Below, piece after piece: positions 1 to 8,564 of a stretch of 40,625 nt of DNA (positions within the stretch are counted from its first letter, which is position 1; the number at the start of each line of letters is the position of its first letter). Both the position numbers and the translations under genes were made by a program. This DNA comes from a virus: the UHGV virus genome UHGV-0137877; one strand, 5' to 3'. The notes beneath the pieces are model-generated. The model did no database searches and was not told where the DNA came from. It saw nothing but the letters and a program-made list of their open reading frames with translations.

Positions 1-49
1 ATGTTTGCAGTTTCAAGGCATTTTCTTAAATCTGCTGGTGATGCCCTGT

Positions 50-700
50 TCATGCAGCACGCTCCCGCCCCTGGTTGTCTGTTGGTGACAGCGGAGAATT
101 GCTGAATGCATTTGTTAATCTGGCAATATCCAACGCGTATCCAGGGTGTAGTTGCACTGCCGGGTCTTCGCACTGATTACCCCAAACATCGAAACCATGA
201 GACGACTGGCGGGCGAACAGTTCAATGCGAGAAACATCGCCTAACAATTGCACAAGTTTTTCACGAACGACATCTGGCTTTCTTGAATGCTCAAGCCGCG
301 GTGCGGTAAATGACTGAACGATCCCTGCATTAATGCGCGTAGGTAGTTTTCCCTTTACCGCAAACAGGCAATCTTCACTATTGGCGCGAGTCATGTGTCC
401 CATACCCATAACCAGTTTATCTGGTTGTCGACTACCACATTTTATCCACGTGAAGCCCTTCATCGTCATCAGACGGAATCCCCAGGCTTCAACAACTTTT
501 AGTGCTTCGAGTGGTTGTGTTGGCACCCACCACATGGCCAACAGACAGTTTTCATCGGCCAAATCCCACACAGGAAGGCGGCAGATATCCAGCACACTCA
601 TAACCGGATATTTAAAACCGGCACCGCGATTACCATCTGCGGCTTTATCCCGGTATACCCAGGGTGGATCTGCATAGATTAGCGTGTATTTCTTAGTCAT
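50..700 (-). CDS. N6-adenine DNA methyltransferase, MT-A70-like
   Basis: 216 aa; N-terminal LIYADPPWVY (DPPW motif); ATG at 700 preceded by GGGGTGG. Confidence 0.75.
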   Translation of the reverse strand: MTKKYTLIYADPPWVYRDKAADGNRGAGFKYPVMSVLDICRLPVWDLADENCLLAMWWVPTQPLEALKVVEAWGFRLMTMKGFTWIKCGSRQPDKLVMGMGHMTRANSEDCLFAVKGKLPTRINAGIVQSFTAPRLEHSRKPDVVREKLVQLLGDVSRIELFARQSSHGFDVWGNQCEDPAVQLHPGYALDIARLTNAFSNSPLSPTDNQGRERAA

Positions 701-992
701 AAACCACCCCGCAACATCCTATACCGCTATAGTCGCCACGGCGAAGGCCGTTACCTTTTGTGATACATTGGTCCCTGCGAACCGCGATCCTTGCACGCTC
801 AACATCACCAGAAGCAACATCCATACACTGAAGCCAAAGGTGGGCAGCAATGCGGAACTGCCCTTTTTTCTCTCTTTCAATCGCGCGTTTTTCGATCTCT
901 ATCGCCGCAGGAGTAACGGCAACAACCTTTGAAGGGCTGCGCATTGAAACCTTGTTCATGTGATATTTTTCAAGTCGGCTTAACTTTCTCAC
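693..992 (-). CDS. Hypothetical protein
   Basis: 99 aa; GTG start with AGAGGG Shine-Dalgarno; overlaps methyltransferase start by 8 nt; no recognisable motif. Confidence 0.35.
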   Translation of the reverse strand: MRKLSRLEKYHMNKVSMRSPSKVVAVTPAAIEIEKRAIEREKKGQFRIAAHLWLQCMDVASGDVERARIAVRRDQCITKGNGLRRGDYSGIGCCGVVYD

Positions 993-1101
993 TTAATCCA
1001 ACCCTCTCTGAAAATTAATGCCAGCAGATAAAGCCATGCTGAAACAGAGGCCAGGAATAAGTACCATCCTGACCATTTGCTCCAGTGCCTTAGCAGCACA
1101 C

Positions 1102-1350
1102 TCATGCCGCGTTGCTCACAGGACGATATACACGTTGCTGAACAGGAGGTTTTTTACCATGGAACTCTGCCGGGCTTGCTGCCTGACGTTCATCAAGCCA
1201 ACGCTCAACTTCATCACGGTTCCATGCGCAGCGTTTGTCAGTGATATACCAGCGTTTAGGAAATTCCCCTGCGCGCTCCATACGGTCGATAGTGCTCCAT
1301 GACAGTGGCACCACCGCCAGGAGTTCCTTCTTACCTAATGCACCTTTCAT
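1102..1350 (-). CDS. AlpA/excisionase-like HTH DNA-binding protein
   Basis: 82 aa; LSWSTIDRMERAGEFPK...CAWNRDEVERWL pattern typical of AlpA-family regulators; ATG with GAGAGG RBS. Confidence 0.6.
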   Translation of the reverse strand: MKGALGKKELLAVVPLSWSTIDRMERAGEFPKRWYITDKRCAWNRDEVERWLDERQAASPAEFHGKKPPVQQRVYRPVSNAA

Positions 1351-1399
1351 AAATACCTCTCTTGGTTGCAGTGCGGCGCGCGTGGCGCCGCGGTGGTGG

Positions 1400-2281
1400 T
1401 TACATAGATGTTTCGTTTAATTCTTCCCGACGAACGCTGTAAACGTCGGTGGCTTTTGCCAGCAGTTCGTCATCATCTGAAAGTTTTTGTGCAATGTATT
1501 TGTAAGCCTTATCCAGTTCGGAGACAGTGCTGTAATTCATCGCTGCGCTGGTAAAGGCCATCAGCATTTCTTCTGGATCACGGCTATCCGCTTTACGCGT
1601 TTGCTCATCAGGCTTTTTCGCTGGTTTAGCGTTGATCAGACTGTTCATTCCCGCAGCAGTGGTCGTTTGCGGAGTAATGTCTCGCTCAACGCGCGGTGCC
1701 GTTTCCTGTAATTCGTCAGGGGTGTAAACACCGAGAAGTACATCAGGAGCGTGCAGGCGAGCCCATCGTTTCGTGCAAAGATAGGCAAGCTGCTGGCGCG
1801 GATCCTGTTCCCACAATGGAGAGTTACGCACTCCGGCTTGCGCCATACTGATGGTAAGCTCACGGGGTTCTGCTTCTCCTTTAAGAACTGCTGACACAGT
1901 TACCGTCAGATTCGGTGATTTATCTGTTTTGCCGTTAACATTCGACCAGTCACCGCTCCAGCGATAATTCAGGCGTGTCGCTAGCAGGCTGGAAGAGGAT
2001 ACGACCGCGTTTACCAACTGTGCTTCGTAGCCTAACGTTCCGTTTACCACATGCGTTTTCTGCGCCACGGCGAAAGGATTCATTCCCCACTGTGCCGCCT
2101 GCATGGTCACCGCCAGACAATCGGCAGGTTTGCCTTCAAGATGTTTCGGTACAGTCGCTTTGCTTTGTGACATCAACTCCGCGAAACGCACCAGTTGATT
2201 CATGCCCTCCGGGCTGAAGATTGCCGCAGCAGTACCTACAGTTGCGCCTGGTTGTGATGTGATTGCGATATCATTGCTCAT
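1400..2281 (-). CDS. Single-strand annealing protein, Bet/RecT type
   Basis: 293 aa; conserved core and ERDITP motif recalled from lambda Bet; start overlaps exonuclease stop (ATGA), the usual SSAP-exonuclease pairing. Confidence 0.6.
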   Translation of the reverse strand: MSNDIAITSQPGATVGTAAAIFSPEGMNQLVRFAELMSQSKATVPKHLEGKPADCLAVTMQAAQWGMNPFAVAQKTHVVNGTLGYEAQLVNAVVSSSSLLATRLNYRWSGDWSNVNGKTDKSPNLTVTVSAVLKGEAEPRELTISMAQAGVRNSPLWEQDPRQQLAYLCTKRWARLHAPDVLLGVYTPDELQETAPRVERDITPQTTTAAGMNSLINAKPAKKPDEQTRKADSRDPEEMLMAFTSAAMNYSTVSELDKAYKYIAQKLSDDDELLAKATDVYSVRREELNETSM

Positions 2282-3099
2282 ACGTACATATCCTGTTTAC
2301 GTGCCCAGTCAGGGCGTTTAATAATTTCCACTCCGCCCCACTCATCGTTGATGCGGCATTCGTGATAGGTATTCAGATCCCGGCGGAACAGAGCGTGCCC
2401 GGCATCGACATCCGGCGCATCCAGCTCGAACACGCGTACCGGATACCGACCACAATCAATGCTTTCGCTCACGGCAAGAAAGAAAAAACCATGCGGCTGA
2501 CCAGTAACCTTCATTGCGCCTTCGCGGTACATTGCGTCCTGCACGTGGTAGCGGAATTCCTCGATGTGGCGTGCAAAACGGTCCATATCTGCAACCTTTT
2601 TCACGTCGACGATCACGTTGTGCTCGTTCAGCCATTTGTCTGGACGAATTCGGCACAACTCACCCGTATCTTCATCGTTCCAGTACATTGATGCTTCGCA
2701 GTAACCAGGTGCTTCCAACATCCAGCGTGCCGCTGGGTGAGCCATTGCGCTATCACGCATCAGCTCCAGTTTTCGCCACTGCTCTGCATCAAGTACCGAA
2801 ATCCCCATATCCGCTACATCACGAAGAAATGCTTCTTCGTCAGCTTTACCTTGTTTCGTCCGACGATCGAACTTTGGTGAAACAATGAAGCGTTTGTCGA
2901 ATTCTCCAGGTTCCAGAAGCAGACAGTGCAATGCAGTTCCCATATCTAGTGCAGACTTTTTCTCTTCGTCTTCTGGTGCTGCCTGAACCCATTTGAGAAG
3001 CGCCGGATTCTTGGCAACCATGTCCAGTTGCGACTTACTCACGCCGTCACCGGCGTGGTAGTCTTCGTTGCTGATGTCGAAATAAATTCCCGGTTTCAT
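2278..3099 (-). CDS. PD-(D/E)XK recombination exonuclease
   Basis: 273 aa; N-terminal ISNEDYH and D...IVDVKK signature; immediately upstream of the SSAP gene. Confidence 0.6.
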   Translation of the reverse strand: MKPGIYFDISNEDYHAGDGVSKSQLDMVAKNPALLKWVQAAPEDEEKKSALDMGTALHCLLLEPGEFDKRFIVSPKFDRRTKQGKADEEAFLRDVADMGISVLDAEQWRKLELMRDSAMAHPAARWMLEAPGYCEASMYWNDEDTGELCRIRPDKWLNEHNVIVDVKKVADMDRFARHIEEFRYHVQDAMYREGAMKVTGQPHGFFFLAVSESIDCGRYPVRVFELDAPDVDAGHALFRRDLNTYHECRINDEWGGVEIIKRPDWARKQDMYV

Positions 3100-3395
3100 G
3101 CCGCTTCCCTCTGCCCATCAATCCGATCCGCCAGATCCCAGCGGGCGATAATTGCCATTGCCTCGCGCCGGTAGGAATCTATCAGTTCTTCGAACTCAGG
3201 GCTGTCTTTAGCAGCCTCCAGCACTTCCTGACGAACGCCTTTGCCTGTTACAACGTCGAAAGTTGAGGACAGTTGATGAAGTCGGATGCTCTCAATCAGT
3301 TCAACTTGTCGGTCATATAGCTGTTCTGACAGGCGGTAGTCCTTGTCGAATGCCAGCATGATTTTTTGAAGATTTTTCTGCTGATTAACGTTCAT
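3096..3395 (-). CDS. Hypothetical protein
   Basis: ORF track 3096..3410; preferred ATG at 3395 preceded by GGGAGGG; no recognisable domain. Confidence 0.5.
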   Translation of the reverse strand: MNVNQQKNLQKIMLAFDKDYRLSEQLYDRQVELIESIRLHQLSSTFDVVTGKGVRQEVLEAAKDSPEFEELIDSYRREAMAIIARWDLADRIDGQREAA

Positions 3396-3397
3396 TA

Positions 3398-3550
3398 TCA
3401 GCCCTCCCATATCTCGTTATCGTTGGCTACATCGCGAGCTTCTTTGCTGACGAAAGCCCACTTAATGCCTTCCTGTAAGGTGCGGAACTTCCAGCTCATG
3501 AATCCGCATGCAGTAACGCAGTACCAACCGTTGATGATTTTCCACTGCAT
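3398..3550 (-). CDS. Small 50-aa protein, first gene of the leftward early operon (not in ORF track)
   Basis: ATG at 3550 with GAGG 9 nt upstream; TGA at 3398-3400 abuts the next gene's RBS; sits directly downstream of the operator pair at 3570-3646. Confidence 0.35.
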   Translation of the reverse strand: MQWKIINGWYCVTACGFMSWKFRTLQEGIKWAFVSKEARDVANDNEIWEG

Positions 3551-3569
3551 AACTTGTTACCTCGGTCTG

Positions 3570-3646
3570 TTACCGTTGAGGTAATAATTATGCTTATTTG
3601 GTTTGGTGTCAATAGATATGAGTTAAAAAAATTACCCGTAAGGTAA
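3570..3646. promoter_or_regulatory. Leftward early promoter with two operator sites (TTACC-N5-GGTAA at 3570-3584 and 3632-3646)
   Basis: Two perfect 15-bp palindromes flank a minus-strand TTGACA -35-like and ATAATT -10-like hexamer pair. Confidence 0.6.
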
Positions 3647-3656
3647 TCTATCTGGC

Positions 3657-3682
3657 AATAAAAAAGCCGCCATGAGGCGGCT
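3657..3682 (-). terminator. Rho-independent terminator after the repressor gene
   Basis: Hairpin AGCCGCC-atga-GGCGGCT followed by a U-run on the minus strand. Confidence 0.6.
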
Positions 3683-3703
3683 TACTTACTGAAAAATATA
3701 GTT

Positions 3704-4288
3704 TTATTGTTTGCTTTTTTCGTTCTGGTTGATGACAAATTCAATGTAACTTTCGATCTTTGCTTTCTCGGTTTCGGGTAACAATGCGTAGCGTGAGCGG
3801 TCATAGTTGATAGTCGCAGGGTCGTGCGGGTGAATCAGTAGTTCATATCCGTGACGCCCGAATGCGGATGCAACATTCTCCAGGGTGGAAATGGAAACGC
3901 TGACCTCATTGTTTAACAGGCGGCTGATTGTCACCTGGGCGACGCCGGATGCGCGGTGAAGTTTTCCCTGTGTTGAAAGGTCGCGGCTTTCGCTCATCCA
4001 GCGTTCCAGGTTGTGAGCCGCCAGCTGACCAATGTCGCTTGGGCCGACAGGCTGAAAACCTTCCTGAGAAAGCGAGCGATCGATATCAAGCCAGTTACGG
4101 GGTTTATTGGCGGCAGCTTCAATTTTTCGCGCAACCTGGTCGCCGATAACCTTCTTGCCAAGAGCCCAGCGGTTTACCAGATTTGCCTGAGTTCCAAGTT
4201 TTTCTGCCATCCGCGTCTGAACACCATTGAATTCACGGTCGATCAAGTCGTTGAGATTTTGCCTGCGGACGTCCTGGATACTTTTCAT
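3704..4288 (-). CDS. Prophage repressor (CI-like), two HTH domains, no S24 peptidase domain
   Basis: 194 aa; N-terminal HTH (QTRMAEKLGTQANLVNRWALGKK) and a second HTH-like segment (ASGVAQVTISRLLNNEVSVSISTLENVA); divergent from the cro-like gene. Confidence 0.7.
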   Translation of the reverse strand: MKSIQDVRRQNLNDLIDREFNGVQTRMAEKLGTQANLVNRWALGKKVIGDQVARKIEAAANKPRNWLDIDRSLSQEGFQPVGPSDIGQLAAHNLERWMSESRDLSTQGKLHRASGVAQVTISRLLNNEVSVSISTLENVASAFGRHGYELLIHPHDPATINYDRSRYALLPETEKAKIESYIEFVINQNEKSKQ

Positions 4289-4343
4289 TTTCTGGAAAAT
4301 CGCCTCATATATGAATCAGTAGATGATTCAATTTAAAGCAATA

Positions 4344-4406
4344 TTACCCAACAGGTAAATGCACCTCATAGGTAACTATCCTTGATTTTTGTTACCTTAT
4401 GGGTGA
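4344..4406. promoter_or_regulatory. Tripartite operator between repressor and cro-like genes
   Basis: TTACC-caaca-GGTAA (4344-4358), gcACC-tcata-GGTAA (4361-4375), TTACC-ttatg-GGTgA (4392-4406). Confidence 0.6.
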
Positions 4407-4442
4407 ATATTTATTATCTGAAATAAATATCAGGCAATAGCT

Positions 4443-4673
4443 ATGAGCGATAACGGACATTTCGATTTCAAAAAGCACTGGCTTGCACTTACTCCGGATG
4501 AGCGTGAAGCCTTCGCACAGGAAGCCGGAACGACGAGTCACTATATCCAGACTCACTTAACAGGCAAGCGCAAAATGCCAGGTAAGGTATTGATGAATGG
4601 GCTTTTTAAAGCCTGTAAAACAAGACAATGGCTGCGCTCAAAAGCAGAACTGGCATACTTCTTCTACTCATGA
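4443..4673 (+). CDS. Cro-like HTH regulator
   Basis: 76 aa; divergent from repressor; LTPDEREAFAQEAGTTSHYIQTHLTGKRKMP resembles YdaS/Cro-type HTH proteins. Confidence 0.6.
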   Translation: MSDNGHFDFKKHWLALTPDEREAFAQEAGTTSHYIQTHLTGKRKMPGKVLMNGLFKACKTRQWLRSKAELAYFFYS

Positions 4674-4695
4674 TATCCAGCTACAACCCTCTGTA

Positions 4696-4717
4696 GACCG
4701 CCACCCGGCGGTCTTTT
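4696..4717 (+). terminator. Rho-independent terminator after the cro-like gene
   Basis: GACCGCC-accc-GGCGGTC followed by TTTT. Confidence 0.55.
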
Positions 4718-4728
4718 CATATCTATTC

Positions 4729-4743
4729 GTACCTCAAAGGTAA
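4729..4743. promoter_or_regulatory. Operator site (gTACC-tcaaa-GGTAA) after the cro terminator
   Basis: 15-bp palindrome matching the operator family in 9 of 10 fixed positions. Confidence 0.5.
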
Positions 4744-4821
4744 TAAAAAACCAAATCTGGTTGATCAAATTTTCCAATTGTGCAAAATAGCCAATATCAA
4801 TAACAAAAAGGGGCGGAAAAA

Positions 4822-5034
4822 TTGAAGATAGTAACCAGAATGGAGGCCGCAAAAGCCGGGTTAAATCGCTATTTCACAGGAAAGCGGTGCCGTCACGGCC
4901 ATCTCTCTGAAAGGTATGTTCTGAACGGAACATGTGTTGAATGTGCAATGAATAGCGCCAACCGCCATCGTAATGAATTTGCTTGTGCACTAAAGAGTGC
5001 AAGAGGGGAAACCTATGGCAAGCAGCTGGATTAA
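4822..5034 (+). CDS. Small zinc-finger-like protein in the cII position
   Basis: 70 aa; probable TTG start with GGGG RBS; C-x4-H...C-x2-C cluster (CRHGH...CVEC). Confidence 0.4.
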   Translation: MKIVTRMEAAKAGLNRYFTGKRCRHGHLSERYVLNGTCVECAMNSANRHRNEFACALKSARGETYGKQLD

Positions 5035-5845
5035 GGTTGAAGTTATCACTCCTGATAAACCTGAAATTTTTCAGATAGCAGAAATTCTGGGTATTGATCC
5101 AGATGCTGTTCTTGGAAAGCTGGTTCGTATATGGGCATGGGCTGACCAGCAAACAATAGACGGTAACGCTGGCAGCGTTACAAAAGGAGTACTTGATAGA
5201 CTCGCTTTTATTACAGGATTTGCTGACGCCCTCATTAGCGTCGGATGGCTTGCTTATCATGACGGCAAACTAATTCTTCCAAACTTTGAGCGACATAATG
5301 GAGAATCATCGAAAAAACGTGCACTTACGAATAGAAGAGTGGCAGAGCATCGAAAACGAGTAACGCAAAAAGTAACGCCAACAGCGTTACAAAAGGAGTT
5401 ACCAGAGGAAGAGGAAGAGGAAGATATATATAAAACCCCACACATAGCGCACGTGCGCGAGGGTGCTCCGACCAGTGAAGCGAACAGTACGCCGTTGCAG
5501 GTGGCAGAACCTGAATTTCTGGATGGCCTGAGTGAACCCATCGGGAAATTTCCGATGACAGATGGCTGGCTACCGTCGCCAGATTTTCGGCGGCGTGCTG
5601 CGCTGTGGGGAACGGCCCTGCCGGAACCGGAATTTACACCTGCTGAACTTGCTGCATTCCGGGATTACTGGATGGCTGAGGGCAAAGTGTTCACGCAGGT
5701 TCAGTGGGAACAAAAATTCGCCAGGCACGTAAATCATATCAGGGGAAAATCAAAAAATGCCGGGAAAAGCGATGAGCTTGACTGGAATAACACTGACTGG
5801 ATAGAAGGGGTGTGGGATGAAATCAACTCCAGAACTTCTCAATGA
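5015..5845 (+). CDS. Replisome organiser (O-like) with DnaT-like C-terminal region
   Basis: ORF track 4997..5845; preferred ATG at 5015 with GAGGGG RBS; acidic linker (EEEEEED); C-terminal FRDYWMAEGKVFTQVQWEQKF resembles DnaT-type domains. Confidence 0.55.
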   Translation: MASSWIKVEVITPDKPEIFQIAEILGIDPDAVLGKLVRIWAWADQQTIDGNAGSVTKGVLDRLAFITGFADALISVGWLAYHDGKLILPNFERHNGESSKKRALTNRRVAEHRKRVTQKVTPTALQKELPEEEEEEDIYKTPHIAHVREGAPTSEANSTPLQVAEPEFLDGLSEPIGKFPMTDGWLPSPDFRRRAALWGTALPEPEFTPAELAAFRDYWMAEGKVFTQVQWEQKFARHVNHIRGKSKNAGKSDELDWNNTDWIEGVWDEINSRTSQ

Positions 5846-6593
5846 GTACGATCGCTTACGTGAGCATGGTGTTGCTGTGCATGAAGAGCGGCGTGACAGC
5901 AATGGCAAAAAGGAGCAGGTTGCTAGAATTTTCAATGAACTATTTGTCCAGTTACAGGCTGCATTTCCTGCAAGCGTTTCGACCATAAGGGAGCAGAACA
6001 AACTTAATGAATTCCGTAAGCAATGGATGCTTGCGTTTCTGGAGAATGGGATCACTACAATGGAACAGGTTAACGCTGGTATGCGCCACGCCCGCGCCAG
6101 TGAGTCTCCGTTCTGGCCGTCGCCAGGGCAATTCATCAAGTGGTGTAAAGACAGCAAGATGGTTCTTGGCGTCACCATTGACGATGTGATGGCGGAGTTT
6201 CACCGGTACAGCAAGGAAAAAAGTTTATATCCTGGTGGTCCCGAAAGATTCCCGTGGCGACATCCGGTTATGTACTGGGTCGTATGTGATACCCGCCGTG
6301 CAATGTATCAGCGCCAGCTTAGCGAGATTGAGGTTGAGAAACACGCGCGCAGGCTGCTCGATGATTGGGCGAAAAAGGTGGCTTCCGGACAGCAGATACC
6401 GGATCCGGTGATCAGCATACAGGCAAAGCCAGAACCCATGAGTACGCCTCCGGACACAGGGAGAGACGTTTACCATCCACCAGGGCGAAGTTTCGGGTGC
6501 ATGCCTAACGCCGCCACCCTTGGGGGAATAACACCGGCGCAGTGGCTGATGGAGGAATACAGGCGGGGAAAGGCGGCAGGATTTATCAAGTAA
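5817..6593 (+). CDS. P: Replication protein P-like helicase loader
   Basis: 258 aa; ENGITTMEQVNAGMRHARASESPFWPSPGQFIKWC closely matches the conserved core recalled from lambda P. Confidence 0.75.
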   Translation: MKSTPELLNEYDRLREHGVAVHEERRDSNGKKEQVARIFNELFVQLQAAFPASVSTIREQNKLNEFRKQWMLAFLENGITTMEQVNAGMRHARASESPFWPSPGQFIKWCKDSKMVLGVTIDDVMAEFHRYSKEKSLYPGGPERFPWRHPVMYWVVCDTRRAMYQRQLSEIEVEKHARRLLDDWAKKVASGQQIPDPVISIQAKPEPMSTPPDTGRDVYHPPGRSFGCMPNAATLGGITPAQWLMEEYRRGKAAGFIK

Positions 6594-6597
6594 TACC

Positions 6598-6618
6598 AGC
6601 GCGATAGCGCATTTTTTT
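6598..6618 (+). terminator. Weak terminator after the P-like gene
   Basis: Short GC hairpin (GCGC-gata-GCGC) followed by a T7 run. Confidence 0.4.
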
Positions 6619-6630
6619 ACGTCTCAATAA

Positions 6631-6707
6631 TTACCTATCAGGTAACAAAATATTCTAAACTCTATTGATTTCGTGTCTTATGTGGTTTTTAATTACCTTA
6701 GAGGTAA
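6631..6707. promoter_or_regulatory. Promoter region with two operator sites (6631-6645, 6693-6707) and an ATGTGGTT element (6680-6687)
   Basis: TTACC-tatca-GGTAA and TTACC-ttaga-GGTAA; TTGATT -35-like (6665-6670) and TTTAAT -10-like (6688-6693); second site overlaps the RBS of the 6711 gene. Confidence 0.55.
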
Positions 6708-6710
6708 ATC

Positions 6711-7064
6711 ATGAGAAAACAGATACAGGCTCTTGGTCGACTCAAAACAGGCCAGATGAACAAAACAGAATCTGCGTATTGCCAGCACCTTGAGCAGCGT
6801 AAACGTGCAGGGGAAATCGCCTGGTATCGATTCGAGGGTATCAAGCTGCGGTTAGCTGACAACTGCTTCCTGACTGTAGATTTTGCCGTGATGTTGGCTG
6901 ACGGGCAGTTGGTGATGGTGGACGTTAAGGGAAGTAAGTCAGTCTTTACTGACGATGCGAGAGTCAAGATGAAGGTTGCGGCAGACAGCTATCCGTTTGT
7001 CTTTCAGGTTGCTTATCCAAAACCTAAAAAGCTCGGTGGTGGATGGGAGGTTGAGGAACTATGA
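6711..7064 (+). CDS. DUF1064-like phage protein
   Basis: 117 aa; pattern (TESAYCQHLE...W..FEGIKLRLA...DFAV...VDVKG) recalled from the DUF1064 family. Confidence 0.5.
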   Translation: MRKQIQALGRLKTGQMNKTESAYCQHLEQRKRAGEIAWYRFEGIKLRLADNCFLTVDFAVMLADGQLVMVDVKGSKSVFTDDARVKMKVAADSYPFVFQVAYPKPKKLGGGWEVEEL

Positions 7065-7669
7065 GCGAGAAGCCCAATGCTGCGGGATTGATTGTATCCG
7101 GTGATAAAAACCCGAATTGGAAGGGTGGGAAAATCGAAAAGGTTTGTTCCGTATGTGGCAGGCAATATCAGGTTAAGCGAGCCAACTCATCTTCAAGGTT
7201 CTGCTCACTTCAGTGTGTAGGAATTTCACAGCGAGGCAAGACGGTAAATCGGGAACTAAAGCGAGTATTAAAAATATGCTGCGTATGCGGATCTTCGTTC
7301 TCCGTTTTCTTGAGTCATGAGAAGCGTCATAAATGCTGCTCGAAACAGTGTTCCAACATAATGCGTTCTTCTCTGATGAAGGGGGAAGGAAATCCAAACT
7401 GGTCTGGTGGATTATCGAGATTGCCGTATCCGTGGGATTTCCGAGAAACGAGCAAGAGGGTTATTGAGCGAGATGGTTTTACTTGTCAGAACCCAGGTTG
7501 TGATGGAACAGACAAAAGGCTAACAACTCATCACATCAATTACGACAAGCAAGACTGTCGTCAGGAGAACCTTATTTGCCTTTGTTCGAGCTGTAACTCG
7601 AAGGCTAATTTCGGTCGGCATAAGTGGCAAAAGTTTTATGAATCACTGATGAAAAATAGATCGGCATGA
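7061..7669 (+). CDS. HNH endonuclease
   Basis: 202 aa; HNH core (TTHHINYDK...NLICLCSSCN) plus repeated GxKNPNWxGG and Cys-rich segments. Confidence 0.75.
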   Translation: MSEKPNAAGLIVSGDKNPNWKGGKIEKVCSVCGRQYQVKRANSSSRFCSLQCVGISQRGKTVNRELKRVLKICCVCGSSFSVFLSHEKRHKCCSKQCSNIMRSSLMKGEGNPNWSGGLSRLPYPWDFRETSKRVIERDGFTCQNPGCDGTDKRLTTHHINYDKQDCRQENLICLCSSCNSKANFGRHKWQKFYESLMKNRSA

Positions 7670-7730
7670 ATCGACGATCTTTTTAGTTATCAATGTAATC
7701 AATAAGTTATGTGGATAAGCGAGGGTAAAG

Positions 7731-8267
7731 ATGGAAAGTAATATCAAAGGGTTAGTTGCCGCCGGGCATGAGATGGCTTCGGAACTGAAAGCAGAATGTG
7801 GTGCCGTTGATATGCGCAGTGTGGCAAAGCTGCTCAGCGATTTGGCAACGCAACTGGAAGTGCAACTGGTGCGTGCTAATGCGCTGGCTGTGGAGAATGC
7901 GGGGCTGAAGTCTGGCGCTATGGGCGAAATCAAGGTTATCAACCGTGGAGGTCAGGCATATTGCGTAAAAGATGGAGTGCAAGTTAATCCCATGTATGCA
8001 AGAGGGTGGAATGACTATCGCGCAAAGTCTCTGCAATCAGACACCCCAGCCACCGACGCTTTCCTTGCTGAAGTACGGGCGCAGGGCGTGGATGCTGCTA
8101 TAGAAGCTGCAAAAAATCTGGTGGCCCAAGAATATGAGTATAAGGATTTCAAAGCGGCGCAGAGTGATTGCTGTATGCACCCTGGTTCAGACCTGGTAGG
8201 GAAGGTTGAAATGACTGAGTGGTTAGTTGACTTTGCTGAACAGCTTCGCAAAGGAGGCAACCAGTGA
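7731..8267 (+). CDS. Hypothetical nin-region protein
   Basis: 178 aa; good RBS (GAGGGTAAAG); no confident family. Confidence 0.5.
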   Translation: MESNIKGLVAAGHEMASELKAECGAVDMRSVAKLLSDLATQLEVQLVRANALAVENAGLKSGAMGEIKVINRGGQAYCVKDGVQVNPMYARGWNDYRAKSLQSDTPATDAFLAEVRAQGVDAAIEAAKNLVAQEYEYKDFKAAQSDCCMHPGSDLVGKVEMTEWLVDFAEQLRKGGNQ

Positions 8268-8563
8268 CTGTATGTCTTATTGATAAACGTCGACGTGGAC
8301 AACAAATACCATCTGTTGAAATGCCGAATCACACATGGTTTTGCGTACTTGATATCGATGGTATGGATACGTTGATCGACACTCGTCATTACTGCGATAC
8401 CGCAACAGCTACTCCTGCAAAAGCAAAGAAAATGGCTGCTCTGATAGAAAACTGGACTCCACCTGATGGTTGGTGCAATGGGAATGATCGAGATTGGCAC
8501 GAAAAAATGAAGGGCTATATCTGCGATTTTTTACGTAAATGCAACGGCTTCAGGGTGATGTGA
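8264..8563 (+). CDS. Hypothetical protein
   Basis: 99 aa; GTG start with AGGAGG RBS, overlapping the upstream stop. Confidence 0.45.
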   Translation: MTVCLIDKRRRGQQIPSVEMPNHTWFCVLDIDGMDTLIDTRHYCDTATATPAKAKKMAALIENWTPPDGWCNGNDRDWHEKMKGYICDFLRKCNGFRVM

Positions 8564-8564
8564 C

